Assembly: GCA_030704615.1 (NCBI GenBank)
Contig: CM060734.1
Coordinates: 54,436,001-54,500,000, forward strand
DNA from: Takakia lepidozioides
Taxonomy: Eukaryota; Plantae; Bryophyta
Direction of reading: 5' to 3'
Length of the DNA: 64,000 bases
The notes under the pieces are model-generated. The model ran no database searches. It had not been told where the DNA came from and saw only the letters and a program-made list of their open reading frames with translations. This document shows positions 24,801-38,500 of this stretch, one piece after another (the stretch's first letter is position 1; every line of letters begins with the position of its first letter). Both the position numbers and the translations under genes were made by a program.

Positions 24801-26083
24801 CACGGGACATGCCTGCCTGACTCTAACCGTGCGCTTGCCCCTGACGACAAAGAGGCGAGGCTCATACTGCGCGACCTCCACTTTCTTGAAGCCTGAGGCA
24901 ATACCACTTTCCATAGGGATGATGCAAGGCTTAAAGTACGATAAAAACTTTTGGGTTTCATGGCCCTGAGTCTCTCTGAACTGCACTGCCCGTCCTCCTA
25001 AGGCTGCATCCAGCTCTATTGTTTTGATTGCTGCAACACCAGCCTCATCCTGCACAACAATCATCAACCAACCCAATGCTTATATTTTTATGGCTGTGCT
25101 GTATAAGAGGTTGAGCACAGGGTCCCCCATAAAGAAGCATTTGTAGTTCATCCACTTACATTGGATCACTACAGTACTACCAAGTTGTATGCACTACCAC
25201 AATGTCCAAATCTTGTCCTTCCTGAAGTCGAATCGGTGTGTACAAAGTTCGAGCTCCTTCAAATACTGTGTCTGTAACCCCAACTGACAAGCTAGCACTC
25301 ACATCGAGCGGCCTTAAATTCATGAGGAAAATACCTGACTCGTGTCTTTTCCAAGCCAAAAATGAATGTCGTAGTGATAAGCTCCGCTCTTCAATGCTGT
25401 TGTCTGTCACCACATGGATCAGTTAGATGAAGGCAGCTATGGAGAAACATAGAAGGAAAGAAAGAGAGTCACTGGAAGAAGAACATGACGAAGAAGCAGA
25501 GAGAGAGATCATTGACGAAGAGACGTCTTTATTGCGGCCCTCACAGTAAAGCTACAGGAGACAGGAGATTTATTACATCCGCGGCATGTAGTAAATCCAG
25601 AGCGCCGATGGCCGCATCCAGCAGAGAGAGGCTGAGACAAGCGATCACTCGACCCCTCTGATCAGATGGTCTGCCTACACTCGTGTGTTTCTCTGCCTCT
25701 GTCCTTGCCGTCAGGATTTTCTTGGCTTGTTTGGTTTGATCGAGTGTTTAAAGGAGTTTGATCCGGGGCGTTCCCTCCTTTCCTCGCGCAGAAACAAGAC
25801 AAGGTAAAAGGAGAAAGGAACAGAAGGAAAGAACAAAGAAAGGAACTTAATTGAGTCCCACTAAAAACTCCATATGGCCGACAGCAACTCCTAACAGACG
25901 AGCGAGCGACAGACAGAGACAGAAAGGGACTTTATAACATCCACAGGAAGCCAGAGGGCTTACGGTGACCTTTCCAGAGTTACTCACCCGTAGAACAACA
26001 TACGAGTCTCCAGAGTAGAATTTTCCATGAGAAGACTTCGGTACAAGCACTGGCCGGAAATCCTCAATGCGCCATATGTCCAT
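15836..26083 (-). CDS. VLN: Villin (six gelsolin domains plus headpiece), about 20 exons; true start may lie further upstream
   Basis: [20 protein letters not shown]; [17 protein letters not shown]; [18 protein letters not shown]; [12 protein letters not shown]; [16 protein letters not shown]; [14 protein letters not shown]; [11 protein letters not shown] linker; GIDPTRRE|[30 protein letters not shown] headpiece. Confidence 0.97.
19760..20085 (-). mobile_element. Composite RTE/RTEX-like fragments in a villin intron (same family as 13250-14446)
   Basis: Reverse complement matches 14218-14446 with two (CATTT)n tails, and 13727-13800. Confidence 0.8.
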
Positions 26084-28751
26084 GCCTCTTCAGTCCAGGA
26101 ATCAAAGATACAATGACAAAATGCAACCAATATGTCCTTATATGCCAGGCCAAAGACAGGAGGGGGAATTGGGGGCGATCAGCCAAGTACACTCATCAGC
26201 TGCCTCATGTTGCTGGAGTCACAAAACGAACGCAAGCAGGCAGCGATTACACATTACTGAATAGTAGGATACGCTTTTTGACCGACCCCCTGAAATGCAA
26301 CGTCAACGTTCTTCATCGACACAGACATAGCAGCCTCCTCTCAATTTGCTATGTACCTTCAGACCACCTGCAAATTGAATTGCAACAACACAGTGGAAAT
26401 GGATGGTCAGTCCATCAGGGTCCCTGCAAGCATAGTATTCCCTTCATGAATCGATGTCTCTTGAAGAATTCAGTCAGCTGAGGCTGCTTCCAGTATTCAA
26501 TTTACACTCCCTGCATCTCTGCCTGTATGCTGCTGCCCAGTTATGTATCCAAGACAACTTTGACTACAGGATATGAAATTGGTATGCAGATTTGGTCCGG
26601 TGGGTCTACTGTTAGTCGTGCATGAGTCTACATGGAAGCGGAATCTTACGGTTTGATGTCCGATGCTGCCAATTTTCTTCCCAATTCTATAGCACGCAAT
26701 ATTTACTCGCTGCCAGCCCGATCCTTCAGCTGCAGGTCGGATATAAGTAGCAAGATGGTAAGAAGAATGCGGTGGTGGATGTAATGAAGTTGCACTTGCA
26801 AAAAAACCGTCGTCTTTCTCCTAGAACACTACCACACATGCAGACAGACACACTGCTTCTGTCAGACAACCTGACCCAATACATGAATGTACATATTACA
26901 TACCACGCTCATCAAGCAGACAATCTCAGCCTCAATCCGTTCAAGTACCCGCCTCTGCCAGAAGGAAAATTTCAAAGCTCAATTTACGATCGGCTTGCAG
27001 CACATTATCTCTGCTGCTCATGCTCACCCACAAGTGCAGGAGTTTCTCCTCTCTCTCCCCCCCATTCAGAGTAAGATCGATTTCGTTATGAGCTTAGAAA
27101 ACACCACTCCCTCTACAAGATAAAACAACAATCTCCACAGCTGCAATCAAATTCACCACAAACCGGAGAAAAAACAAAACTGCAGAAGTAGATCCAAGAG
27201 CACACAGATTAATTACCACATGAGGAAGATCCGAATTTCACTAAAGTCCCTCAAGATTGTTGGTTGCTTGAACAGATCGATCGTTATCGTCCGTGCAAGG
27301 GGAGGATTGAGAGATCTAAATGCACCCTGCACACCACTAGAATGACACCTAAACCCTCTCAGATGTCAAATTCTTCGCCTCTATCATCAAAGCTTAACAT
27401 AAAGAAAATATGCAAGTGGATAAACAAACATCAAAGATGAACAAGATGAAGTGGCAGCGCAGCACGAAGGTGGAGGGGAACAAGTAGGAGGCACATGCTC
27501 ATGGGGTCCACAGGGCCCACACTCTGATCATGAGCTGCCTGTCTGCTCAATCCATTTCAAACACTCTCCATCATTCCTGCTTGTTTAAGGATGTCCTTCT
27601 CTCCCACTGATCTGAAAGAGACGAGCAGAAGACGAAGAGTACAACCTCCATAACGGTTCCTCTAAAATTGGTACAACCTCTAGGAAGGTTAACGAGTGCA
27701 ACCTCCATAAAGGTTGTATCAGACTATCTTCCCTTGACCGGGTGGCGGGCGGGCCCGGGTGGTGTACACGGAATGTCGGCAAATTTTGGCGTTTTCCGAC
27801 TGAGATCCAGTCGTCCGTCTGACTCGGTCATGATAATAAAATAAAACGAAAATATTATAAAAATACTAAATTGGATTTTAGTCACCATCCGTAGTCTGTT
27901 CATCCTTTTTTCATCCTTTGACTAGCTCATTTATTCATACATCTGTTGAGCCAGCAAATGTATTCATCCACGTAATTATACAAACTTTCCTATACTCTAC
28001 ATATTTTGAAAATACGTATGTGAACAACAGGCTGTAGACAGCTTCCTGTCCCTTTGCACGCTCACTCAGTTTTGTCAGCATTCATGATCTGTACAACAAT
28101 CAGGACTGGGCTGGATTGTTCAGCAAATGCTTACAGAGTAGGCAGTATAGATCTTAGAGATGGGCTGTTTGCAGTTTTGAATGTATCAATTGATGACCAG
28201 TTTCTGATTTAGAGGTAAAAGGCCTTGATCCTTGATCCTTGGATCATCTATACTGTGAGGAGAGTAATGTACATGCCTCGCACTCACTTTGTTACCTCTT
28301 CTTAATTTCGAACGCTGTTACAGGCCTCGGTGAAGGGAAGATAAATTGTGGCCCGAGTAAACTGAAGAGCTGACATTGAAGGCTAGCTAGCTGATTTTGT
28401 TACAAACTTGTACTAAAGGTGTAAAGGAATGTACAAATTTTTGACTAATGCTTTCCACTGAGCTTATAAACTAAGTATGTGATAACTTGATTCAGCCGGA
28501 ACTATCTCCAGATTATCCTATGCCATGGAAAGATGTCATGAAAAGACTTGGAAGAAGCAGTAGCTAGTGGTCAGCAAGCGCTTGACCTGTCGATGTTGGG
28601 GTTGAGTTGTCAGTGGGCTGGACTAATTATATTATGTACTATAATATATGATACAGTGAATGGGAGCTGTGAATTTGAAGGGTTTTCTCACCCAGGATGT
28701 CGATCGATCTAATAGTCAGCGGCCCAAAACTAAGCATCAGCTGCTGTATGT

Positions 28752-31700
28752 TTAGTGGTCAAGCCGATCAAGGACGCGGTCCGGAGAGGGAATACTGCTG
28801 GCCAAGAGAGGGTCCACCACCATGTCCACCAGTGTCCGGTAGCATTGCTGGGCTGCAACCTGCAGGAAATTATCCGGGGAGAGTTCCATATCCACACAGA
28901 ACCAGATATCAGACAGCATGATTATTTAGTTCACTATTCAACGATCAATTGTCCCTTGAGGATCTCAACATTAAATTTAGGATTTATGAGTGTACTGAGT
29001 GAGCAAGCTGGAAGCGAGGAGATAGAAAACAGTTACACATGTGTGTTAGTTCTTATGTGTACAACGGAGTCGACTGTCAGTAACTTAATATCCCAGCAAG
29101 CTTGAGCTTTCTTTTCACCCTGGGCGAGAAGGGATTGATGGATAGGTTACTGCTGCTTGAGTCATGAGTATTTTATTGGTGATTGATCACATGGGTTTGA
29201 TTGTCTCACTTGGGATTCAGATGATTAGGGTCGGTTTCTTCTTGGTGTTGTGCAGGAAACAAACTATAACCAGGATTTTTAAAGTCTAAAAATCGAGCAT
29301 CATTCAGTCCAAACCCAGAGGAGATTTTGTTTTTTGTATCTTGATCTCAGATTGTGTTTGAATACCGTGTCAACGGCCAAGGCCCTGCGCATGGATGCCA
29401 TAAGAGAGGCAGCTTGAATGGGCACAGTTTCGTCCAGAAGGCATTGCATCACACATATGCTTACTACGGATGGCTCATAGCCCAAAAACTCCACCTCTGC
29501 ACCCGAGGAGCCAAAGATCCTCTGTTATACTCCGGATACATTTGAGTTATGGGTTTCCTTCATTTTTCCATCTCGATTCCAAGAAATAACAAGGTTGAAC
29601 AGTTCAACCTTCTAGGACTTCGTTACAAAAGTTCCCTAGCAGGCTTAATCCCAAACTTCTTCAGAGATCATGAATTCTCAAGTGGACTCGAGTGCATGAT
29701 TTTGAAGGAACTTACTCTCGGGGAACATTTGAGCTGAGTACTTAGAACTCTTTTGAGTTCATAATCATGTACACAGGACCGTATGATCTGGCACCTATTT
29801 AAGAGAGGTAGTTTAAATGTATTGAGAGCTCTTTGACAGAAGCTTTTCCAGCTCAGTTGAAATCTTAGTAAATCGTCAAATGTTCAAATGTTGTTAGTTG
29901 GCGTCCAGGGTAACCCCTGAGACTCAACACACCTGGTAGAAGGCCCTCTAGGAGCTCATCGGCGCGGAGCCCAGCGAATTTGGAGAGATGAGGGGGGAGT
30001 CCAGAGACGGAGAGATGAGCCAGCATGTTGCCCAGAAAATCAGCCGCTGTAACAGCCAGCATGCGCCACCCCAGTGCTCGCAACACCACCGCCTCCATGC
30101 CTCGAATGCTCTCCTCATCGAACATCGGTAAAGCTGGCAGTGACGCCTGCATATACATTAATTAGTTCAAGATTTAGTAGCGAATTAGGAGTCGAATATC
30201 CAATGTTTGAGATATGTATCTAGCTCTAGCAAAACTTTTTCGTTCCCATTCTCTTGTGGCCTCTAGTGGATAATCAACTGAAAAGTCCTGCGATGTGAAC
30301 AAACTTGAAGCTTGCCAGCTATATATCACGTGTGCATTAACAAGTCCTGTCAACAGTTGAGCTACATCTTCAGATAGGTATTCTCCAGTAGTGACGTTGT
30401 CAGGTATGCCAGGAATTACACGAAGACAGGATAAGTTGGGGGCACAGCTGTCCTCCATTTTCCCAGCAATCCAGAGACACACAGTCGCAGCCAGCTGCAT
30501 CTCCTCCTGCAGCCCCCACGTTCTCCCTACGTTTAGTGCCCGTCCCGTTGGTTCTTTTGAGAGTCAACGTACAACTTAGCTCAAATGTGGACTTGGGAAG
30601 GAATCTACTGTATACCACTTACATGTGGGGACTGCTTTCCTCCCGCCCTCCTCCAGGCTTCTGGCCCAGAAACGATCGCATACTTCAGAATCGTGCAATG
30701 CTTTAAACAATGTTTAGATTATTTCAAGGATCATAATTTGTCAACTGGACACCGAGTTGCAATCGCATTTCCAATCTACTGATGAACCTGTGCCTCTCGG
30801 ATGCGCCGAAATACTTGATATGACACTGTCAATTCTGATCAATATATACATTGCATAAGTGGCTTGCACTTTATGTTCCAGTCCACAGAAATGAGTCCGA
30901 TAATTGAAGTCGTTTAGTTCTCCTGGGCCACATGCAGTTGGACCCGAAGTGCCATCAACGGGAATGTGACCTGTGGGCTACCTTGAATGATGCCCTAGGA
31001 AGGGTCAGAAAATGTATTATATCAGCCCGGTGTTGATCATGATTTGGGTGTACTAATAGAGAGAGAAGACTCCGGCGTAACTAAGAGTTGTTTCTCCTTT
31101 CGACTACTGCCCCTCAAATGGGTGTACTGATAAGCTTGGTGTAAATTTCATATATCATTCTCGTCTCATATACGTGTAGTACATGAATGCAGATTTAGCC
31201 TGCTGGCACTCGGACCTGCAAGATGAGAGAACTAACCAGGATCATACTTCGTTTGAGAGAGAGAAACCGGTCAAGAAACGCCACTGCATGTGCTGCTGTC
31301 AAAGTGCTCAGCTTGAGAATTCCCCCGAGCTGAAGATACACAGAACAATGAGAGGACAAAAAAAATTGCTCAAGAGAATAGTCTCAGTGGAATTTTCTCC
31401 TATGTAGACTAAGTGATCAGATCGAGCGTCAAAATATATGTTCGATTGGGCTTAATTATCATGTTACGAGTGTTCCTCCACAACGGGTAATATTAAACAT
31501 CATGTACAGCACCGTTGCACACTCTCTAGGAAACTGTGAGGTTGAGGAACTGATCATTCAGATCTGGGCTGCATCAGAAGCCGACCGTCTGTGCAGGATT
31601 TGTAGAAGCTTTCCCGAGGGCCCATTGAGGAGGTCTGGTTTGGGTGGGAGTTGCACCCAGTTGGGTAGCCTGTCAATCGTCTAGAAGGAAGGAATTCAGT

Positions 31701-32133
31701 TTCACCTGAAGATTGTGAAATGTTCCCGTACCTGAAAAATCCAGTACACACACTTCCTCCGGGCGCTGCTCAGAGTCCTTCCGCATGATACGGCTTCTGT
31801 AGCTGCAAAGCCCATAAGACTCTGTACGTAAATCCTTGAGAGTCTGTAATGTACTGCCGTCTCCCTCTCCAGCAGCACTTTCATGGCATCGGCAAACTCC
31901 AGCTTTACCTGCACGGCATCAGCCGTATCGGTACTGGATATCGCTGGCCGATCCTGGTGCTGTGTATCACATGGTACAGTGCCTTCACATTCTGGAATAT
32001 TTTCAGTGAGTCGTGGAAGTGGCAGAATTTCCTTACATAACTCGATATCAGAGATTGAAACAGTCAGTTTCTGATCACTGGATAAGAGGCCTTGTAGCTG
32101 GGCATCAGGGCATAGTAGCTCGAACAGTAACAT
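28752..32133 (-). CDS. CYCD: Divergent D-type cyclin; second-exon region not resolved
   Basis: N-terminal LLCPD; ARRKCVYWIFQV; CDRF; MQLAATVCLWIAGKMED; FDEESIRGMEAVVLRALGWRMLAVTAADFL; FLGYEPSVVS; C-terminal PSPDRVLD. Confidence 0.85.
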
Positions 32134-33188
32134 GGCCCTCTGCTCAACAATTTGGGTGCACCTGAAGTTGTCTAAAGTGCGTGAGTGTGACCAAATCTAT
32201 GTGCATAGTCTCCCGGAAGATCACAACAGGTTCTACACTGTATATATATGAAGTTAAAGAGGTGGCTCAGGGAGAGCACCGCCAAGCGGTCACCTGGGGC
32301 GTTACTCAGGTGCAGGTTTTTCTTCACACACTCGAGAACTGCTAGAAAACCTGCAAGTTCTGAAAAGCAAAGCTTGGCCAGCCAGCGTATACAACGTACA
32401 AGATCGAGATCTCCAGGGTCAGCGAGCGGAATGGTTTTCAAATCTGGGCAACTAAAAGAGTCTAGAGATGTATACGTCCATGCAGTCTAGCTGTTTGTAA
32501 AACTACAAGATCCGCATCCACATCTAAACGCTGCCGCTCAGACAAGTGCTCACATATAGAACCTCAAATTCAGAGGGACATACAATGGTGCACGGGTGAT
32601 GGATCGAGAAACCAGATCAACTGCAATTTGTGCGAACTACGAGCTGAAACCTCACAGAGATGGGAAATTTTTGTGGCCCGGGTGTGATTGCGAGAAGAGA
32701 TATCACAAGGAGAGAGAGAGGGGCCGGCAGAGTGGTGTGTAAAGAGAGAGGCAGTGGGGGGTCCCAAGAACGAGACGGCCTCAACGGTCGCCGAGTCCTG
32801 CGTACATGACCGCCTGGCGCTCTATACGGGCCAGCCCATACCCCCCCTATACCTAAGTATCCTCCCAATACGCATTTGCCCCCTGTTAATCATAATTAGT
32901 TACTAATTAGTTACTTCGACGAGGCAGTACGCGGAATGTACTCACAGTATTTGGGCTTAGTGACATAAGTCGTCGGTTAATGGGTACCGTAGGCAGTGAA
33001 AATACGGTATATGTTTCCGGGTACCGTATTTGAAGGCTGTATGGGTAACTAGTGAGTTACTAGGCGGTAGATGATTAGTAAGTTACTATACAATCCTCAG
33101 CTCGATTGCTCCATCATCGCCCTTTCACTGCCTCTGTGATTTTTTTGTTTTTTGTTTTTGTCTTTTTATTATTAATTACCATTCCGGA

Positions 33189-33228
33189 TAATAATAATAA
33201 TAACAATAACAATAATAATAATAATAAT
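33189..33228. repeat. (AAT/AAC)n microsatellite
   Basis: Direct reading of the sequence. Confidence 0.9.
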
Positions 33229-33885
33229 CTGAAAGGGGATCAATGAAGCATTATGTATTATTATTATTATTATTACAAAAATACATTAGTGAAGTAATAT
33301 TGGGTTGTGAACATGCTCTGGGGTGCTCTTGGGTGACCACACCAAAAATGAAAAAAGAAAATGTCGCGAAGAAGAAGAAAGAGTGTAGCGGAAATGAGTG
33401 CAAGGCCGTCCCAAATAATAACAACAACATGGCTCATGATGCTCCAATACCCACCCCAATCTTCCAAATCAACATCGACACCGGCCGGAAAGCCGTGGAA
33501 GTCGTGAGTGCGCTCCAACGGACGGATACCTTCGAGTGCGATAAACAAATTTCAAAAATACACAATGGTAGGGTATCTAACTAGATAGCATAGAATCTAC
33601 TGACCACTAAGTACCTATGATTTTACAAAATATTTAGAATAAAACAATGATTAGAAAAATATATCGATAAATCATGTCACTTCTAGTAAGATTAGGTTAG
33701 TGCTTAGTTTAGCAATCGATTTAGTTATTAGGGCACAGATTAGTGAATGTGAACAAGTTGTGAGGCAGATGGATGGATGATAAATTAATACAGCTGGAGT
33801 GGTATGATCTTCTCCCCACCACCCACCCCCCCACCCCGGGTGGCTTTTCTTGCCATTGGATTCTTGGTTGATGGGATCGCACTTC

Positions 33886-33886
<1 letters not shown>

Positions 33887-33918
<32 letters not shown>

Positions 33919-33924
33919 AGAGAG
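33887..33924. repeat. (GA)n microsatellite
   Basis: Direct reading of the sequence. Confidence 0.9.
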
Positions 33925-35570
33925 ATGTGGGAAGGCTGTTGGAGCTCCTAACATGACATTAGTGGTATGAATCCTGTGTGAATTGAGATGGCCCCTCTAC
34001 AAACTTATAACAGGATGACCTATATGCAGCTTAATTAAATTGGTGAAGAGTGTGATGAAGTATAGAGCAGGGTTGATCTGTGAAATGAAGGCTGTAATGC
34101 TGCAGCAGACAGTCTGCAATGTAGGGCAGACAGCTTAACTCGGTTATGAACACGGTTTCCTCATTGTGACTACACTACAGCAGATCATCAGATAATACTC
34201 CCTCCCGGATAGCCCAGGTTTCCTGCAACAATGATGAAGATCATGAGTATACAGAGTATGATCAGCAAGGCCTCCGGTCTGTTTGCATTCCCTTTGTGGC
34301 ATGTGCTCGCTCACTTTTTGTCAAATTTCTTCTAATGTAAAAAGTTACAGCTATGCGTTGTTTGTACTGCTATTAGCAGCTTTTTATTGACAGCGTTGTG
34401 TTAGATGGTAATACTTTTCTGCATTGTTCATAAGCTTTTAACACACTAGAGTCTCAGTACTGTAGTTTATTGCAATAGAGTATGAGTTGATTGCAATCTG
34501 ATCCTCTGCATGCGATGATACCGCAGCTAATACTGACCCATAAGCAAAGCAATAGCCTGATGCTTTTGATTGCAGAAGCTCATGGATAATGATTTCATTC
34601 TCGGGACTGATAGAAATCACTATAAGCAACTTCAAGTGCGTTGAGAGCATAAGCTCATGTAATTTGGCTGCTTCAGATTCACTCACAGCACAGCACTTAA
34701 CCACATCACCATCTCATAATCATGTAAGTTATTGAAATTACCATAAAGCCTCTTGTCACAACACCCCAGCACTACGAAGTAAGAAAGCTTTAAAGTGGGT
34801 TCAGCAGGCATACAAAGATCAGCTAAGGGGAAAAAAGGAGTTGAAGGTGGGAGATTAATGAAATAAATCATAACATTATGGGGTTTGGACCCTTATACAG
34901 AGAGTGGCAAGGCAGGCCCAATATGCAGGCCTTGGACCAAAGCTTTCTCTTCCAAATGTCTCCACCAAAGGGTTCCAGTGCGGTTGCAAAGTGCATTGAT
35001 GTCAGCAGATTCTGTGTAGTGTCCGTCTGTCAAAGATACAAAGAGAACTTACCCTGTGCTAATGGGGTCGCCTCCTATACAAGATGAATGAAAAAAATGG
35101 GGATCCAGCTAGTCTCCAATGGGATAGTTTTGGTCATGCACATGCTCTGCGGCACCTTAGACAACTCCAACCCCGTTGGACGTAAATGAGGACTGGCTTA
35201 GTATCCGCAACCTCTTGCCCTTGCACACTGCTCAAGTCCCTGTTGTTCTTTCCAGAAACTGGAAACTACCCAATACTGTAATGAGCTCACAAGGCCTTCT
35301 GATGAGATTGTCCTTCTTGACCTCCTTTTTGTCTCGTTTTCCTCCTTAATGAACATACATAGCCAGCAATCACAGCTATCCTTGCCCTAACAGATTTAAT
35401 GGATGGTACAAGCAGCTAAAAAGCCCGCAGCAATATCTGGGGCGAAAGGGCAGCAGCACACTAGCAAATAAATAACCAAAGACGTGACGTACAATGTACA
35501 ACCAAGGAGGTGTGGTGGGATCTCTGTAGATCACAAGATGATGTGGAGTATCCATGTTGACCAACAATGG

Positions 35571-38500
35571 CTAAAAGTCCAGCTCTGCTTGCTGTTTAGC
35601 TGCATGGGCTGTCCAATAAGCATGTGCCCGTGTCACCCTCTCCAGCAGCTCTTGAGGCACTGGCTCCCCCCTCCGCTGGTGTGGTGCGATTCGTGCAGTG
35701 TGGACGAGGGTCTTCCATTTGTCCTGTCAGTCACAGTAGATAGGTGCATCTTTAGCATGTTTTCATATCAGACAAGGCCTGTTGGCCAGAAGTCCAGCAG
35801 AGAAATTTGGTCAACATCCAAGAACCTCCAACATGTAAAAGAGTTCTAACACCCAAACAACTAACCAATCTAGTAAGGGTTGTCTCATCTGCAAATTTCT
35901 GAAGAATATTAGAATCTCATTGCATAGGTCTGCCACGGGCACGTAATGCAATAAAAAAGAAACCTTGAGATCAACATAGGTGCGATGCTTGGCCTGATCA
36001 AAAGCCCGCAACTTAACATCGCGCCACCTGAAATGACAACCAATATTCAGAATGTGAGCCATGCATGGGCTTGGATGCTTTTTTCTGGCTACTCTGCTAC
36101 TCAAAATCACTTGGTAGGATGGGGGGGGGGTTGAAGTCATGGAACATATTCAAGTCCACACATGCATGCCAACACCAACTTTAGTAACACCCAACAGACT
36201 TGCTGTACCTGCCAGTGCCGTGCTTCTCCACGGCATGAACAAGGGCTTCAACCTCAGCAACACTGAAAGGGCGGCGTACACGACGCTTGCCAACATCAAG
36301 CGACCGGGATATCTTTTGACGCGTAGCCACCAGTGCCATGCTGGGTACATTGTCTCCTGTAGCCATGCCTGGATGCAGAATGATTGCCCCAGACCCTCCC
36401 ACCAGAGAATCATGTGCAATGTCCTGGGATAACATGGAAGGAGGCTCCTGCTCATTCTTGGCACGACGACTAGCATCTGCCTGTGCCCGAATCGCTGCCA
36501 AGGCCCCTGCTGCAGCCACCCGTGTTGAGTGAGGGGAAAGCGACATCCGTTCATTGAGGTGTGGTTTGGTCTTTCCTCCATTGCACCCTTTTGAGGGGTC
36601 GTCAGGTGTCACAGAGAATGTGAGACCTGCATGCTTACTGTCTACATACCCCTGTTGATCCCCAGCCATGGGTGGTCCATATGCCGCCTCTTTGTCCAAT
36701 GCTGTTCCACTCACCTTGGTGGATCGTCCCTTCCCAAGACAGCGGCCTCCTCCGTCACCGCAACTGGAGAGTCCTGGCACCCCAAAGACAGGATACCTGC
36801 AACATGATACAGGGAATAAATTTCATGCCCTGCTACAGGTATCTGTGGGAAAGCAGGAACTGCCATGGCCCCTTTTGCAACTCTTTTGCCCAAGTTTTTT
36901 GCGTGAGTCCCATCTGCTCAGAAATCCAAGTTTTCAGGAGACTGCAGCACTTCTGCTAGTGAGAAGGACCAGGCTAAGTAAACGACATGTTAGGATAACT
37001 GCCAGAACTTTGTTAAGCAGGTTTGCAGTATGAATACTGGCGGGCCCATAGAGGGAAGGATGGCACAGGCGACGGACCCACAGAGGTGCTGATATTGCCA
37101 GCCAGTATGAAAGGATCAGGCATAGGAATGTACCCCAAGGAAACAATTGCAGGCAGAAGCAAGACAGAAAAAGAGAAAAGTGAGAGTGCGAAATCAGAGG
37201 AGTGTCAACAGCAGCTGCGGTGAGATGCATACCGAGGTGATGGCTGATTGACAGCACGCGTTAGCACGAGGAGAGGATCTTCAGAGGTGGCAGATGGAGA
37301 AGTGGGGACAGGACTAGGTTCCAGCATGAAGCCCAGTGAATCCGGCTTCGCACTTCGAGATATCCCCATTTGTGACAGGGTTGCGCCCTCATCTGCCACC
37401 TTTTTGCCTTGCATCAACACACGCACTCGCAGGCCTCCTCCAAGCATGTTCATGGCCGCATCCATAACTGCTCTCTGTGTTTCAGTGAGAGACAGTGGTC
37501 AGATTGTCTTTGTGGAATCTACCAGATAGAAAACACTTGTACATATTGTACTGCCAGACTAGCATCCAACAGATGGCCCAGTGGTTAGGGCACAAGGCCA
37601 CCTTACAAGCAGTCGTGGGTTCAAAACCACATAGGTTTATGTTGGATGTCACCAGCCAACCCAGCTATAAAAGGGGGGGTCACTGGCTCAACCGGAAACC
37701 TAATGTGTGGGTGGCTACCTCGGGACTTCTGACTCCACGGAGGAGTTCTGGCCATTAGAAGGTGTCCACCTTGCAAACGGAAGGCAGAACTTCCGGGTGA
37801 GAGGACGCCGCGATTTACGCTAGCTTTGGCAAGAGTCGACCTTTTTTTTCAACAGCCAGACTGTCCAGCTGTGAAATAGGAACTTGGAAGGGACTATCCC
37901 AACCACAACCAGGCATAGAACCTTGGCATCTCACATAGACCAAATCAGACGTAATGTCAACTACTAAAAAGTTCATTAATAAACGTGACCAATCAGTTTT
38001 GTGAGCATAAGCCTTCCTTTCCTCTGACCGCCATCTGTGTTTAGAGGTGTGACCATAACCAACAGGAAGAACAAGAAAAGCTTACCTTAAGGCTCGCAAC
38101 ACTTGCTGATTCTGGTAAATCCACAAAAAGCTCTGGAACAGTGAATGACTTGATGCTGAACTTAACTGCAGTAGGATGTACACACAGGTATGATAGGAAG
38201 ACATCAGCTCAGAATGACATGGAGAGACATGCAGAGGTACCCACATTTGGCACACCAATGACATCATCATCCCACACTAGGAACCGGACTTCACATGTTA
38301 CTAAAGTACAGTAAACATCTAAAAGAAGAAGCCTCCCCAATTACTTCATCCTCTCATTCTCAATCCTTAAAGACCATCCCAGAGAGTTCTAACGACTGGT
38401 TCTAACAGGCCAGACAAAGCCAAAACCCAAAGGCGTTCCAAGTATTTACTACTTGCATGGTAAGACCAGAACAGAGGACAACATTCCATCAAGTGCATAC

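Noticed and set aside
37561-37635. Functional tRNA gene
   Set aside because: A and B boxes are present but I cannot fold an acceptor stem or clean anticodon arm.
37660-37849. Telomerase RNA nested in the telomere-protein gene (TATA, G-rich start, AAACCTAA, T-run)
   Set aside because: No full template for TTTAGGG or TTAGGG (a C is missing); internal A/B boxes and a TSD fit a SINE better.
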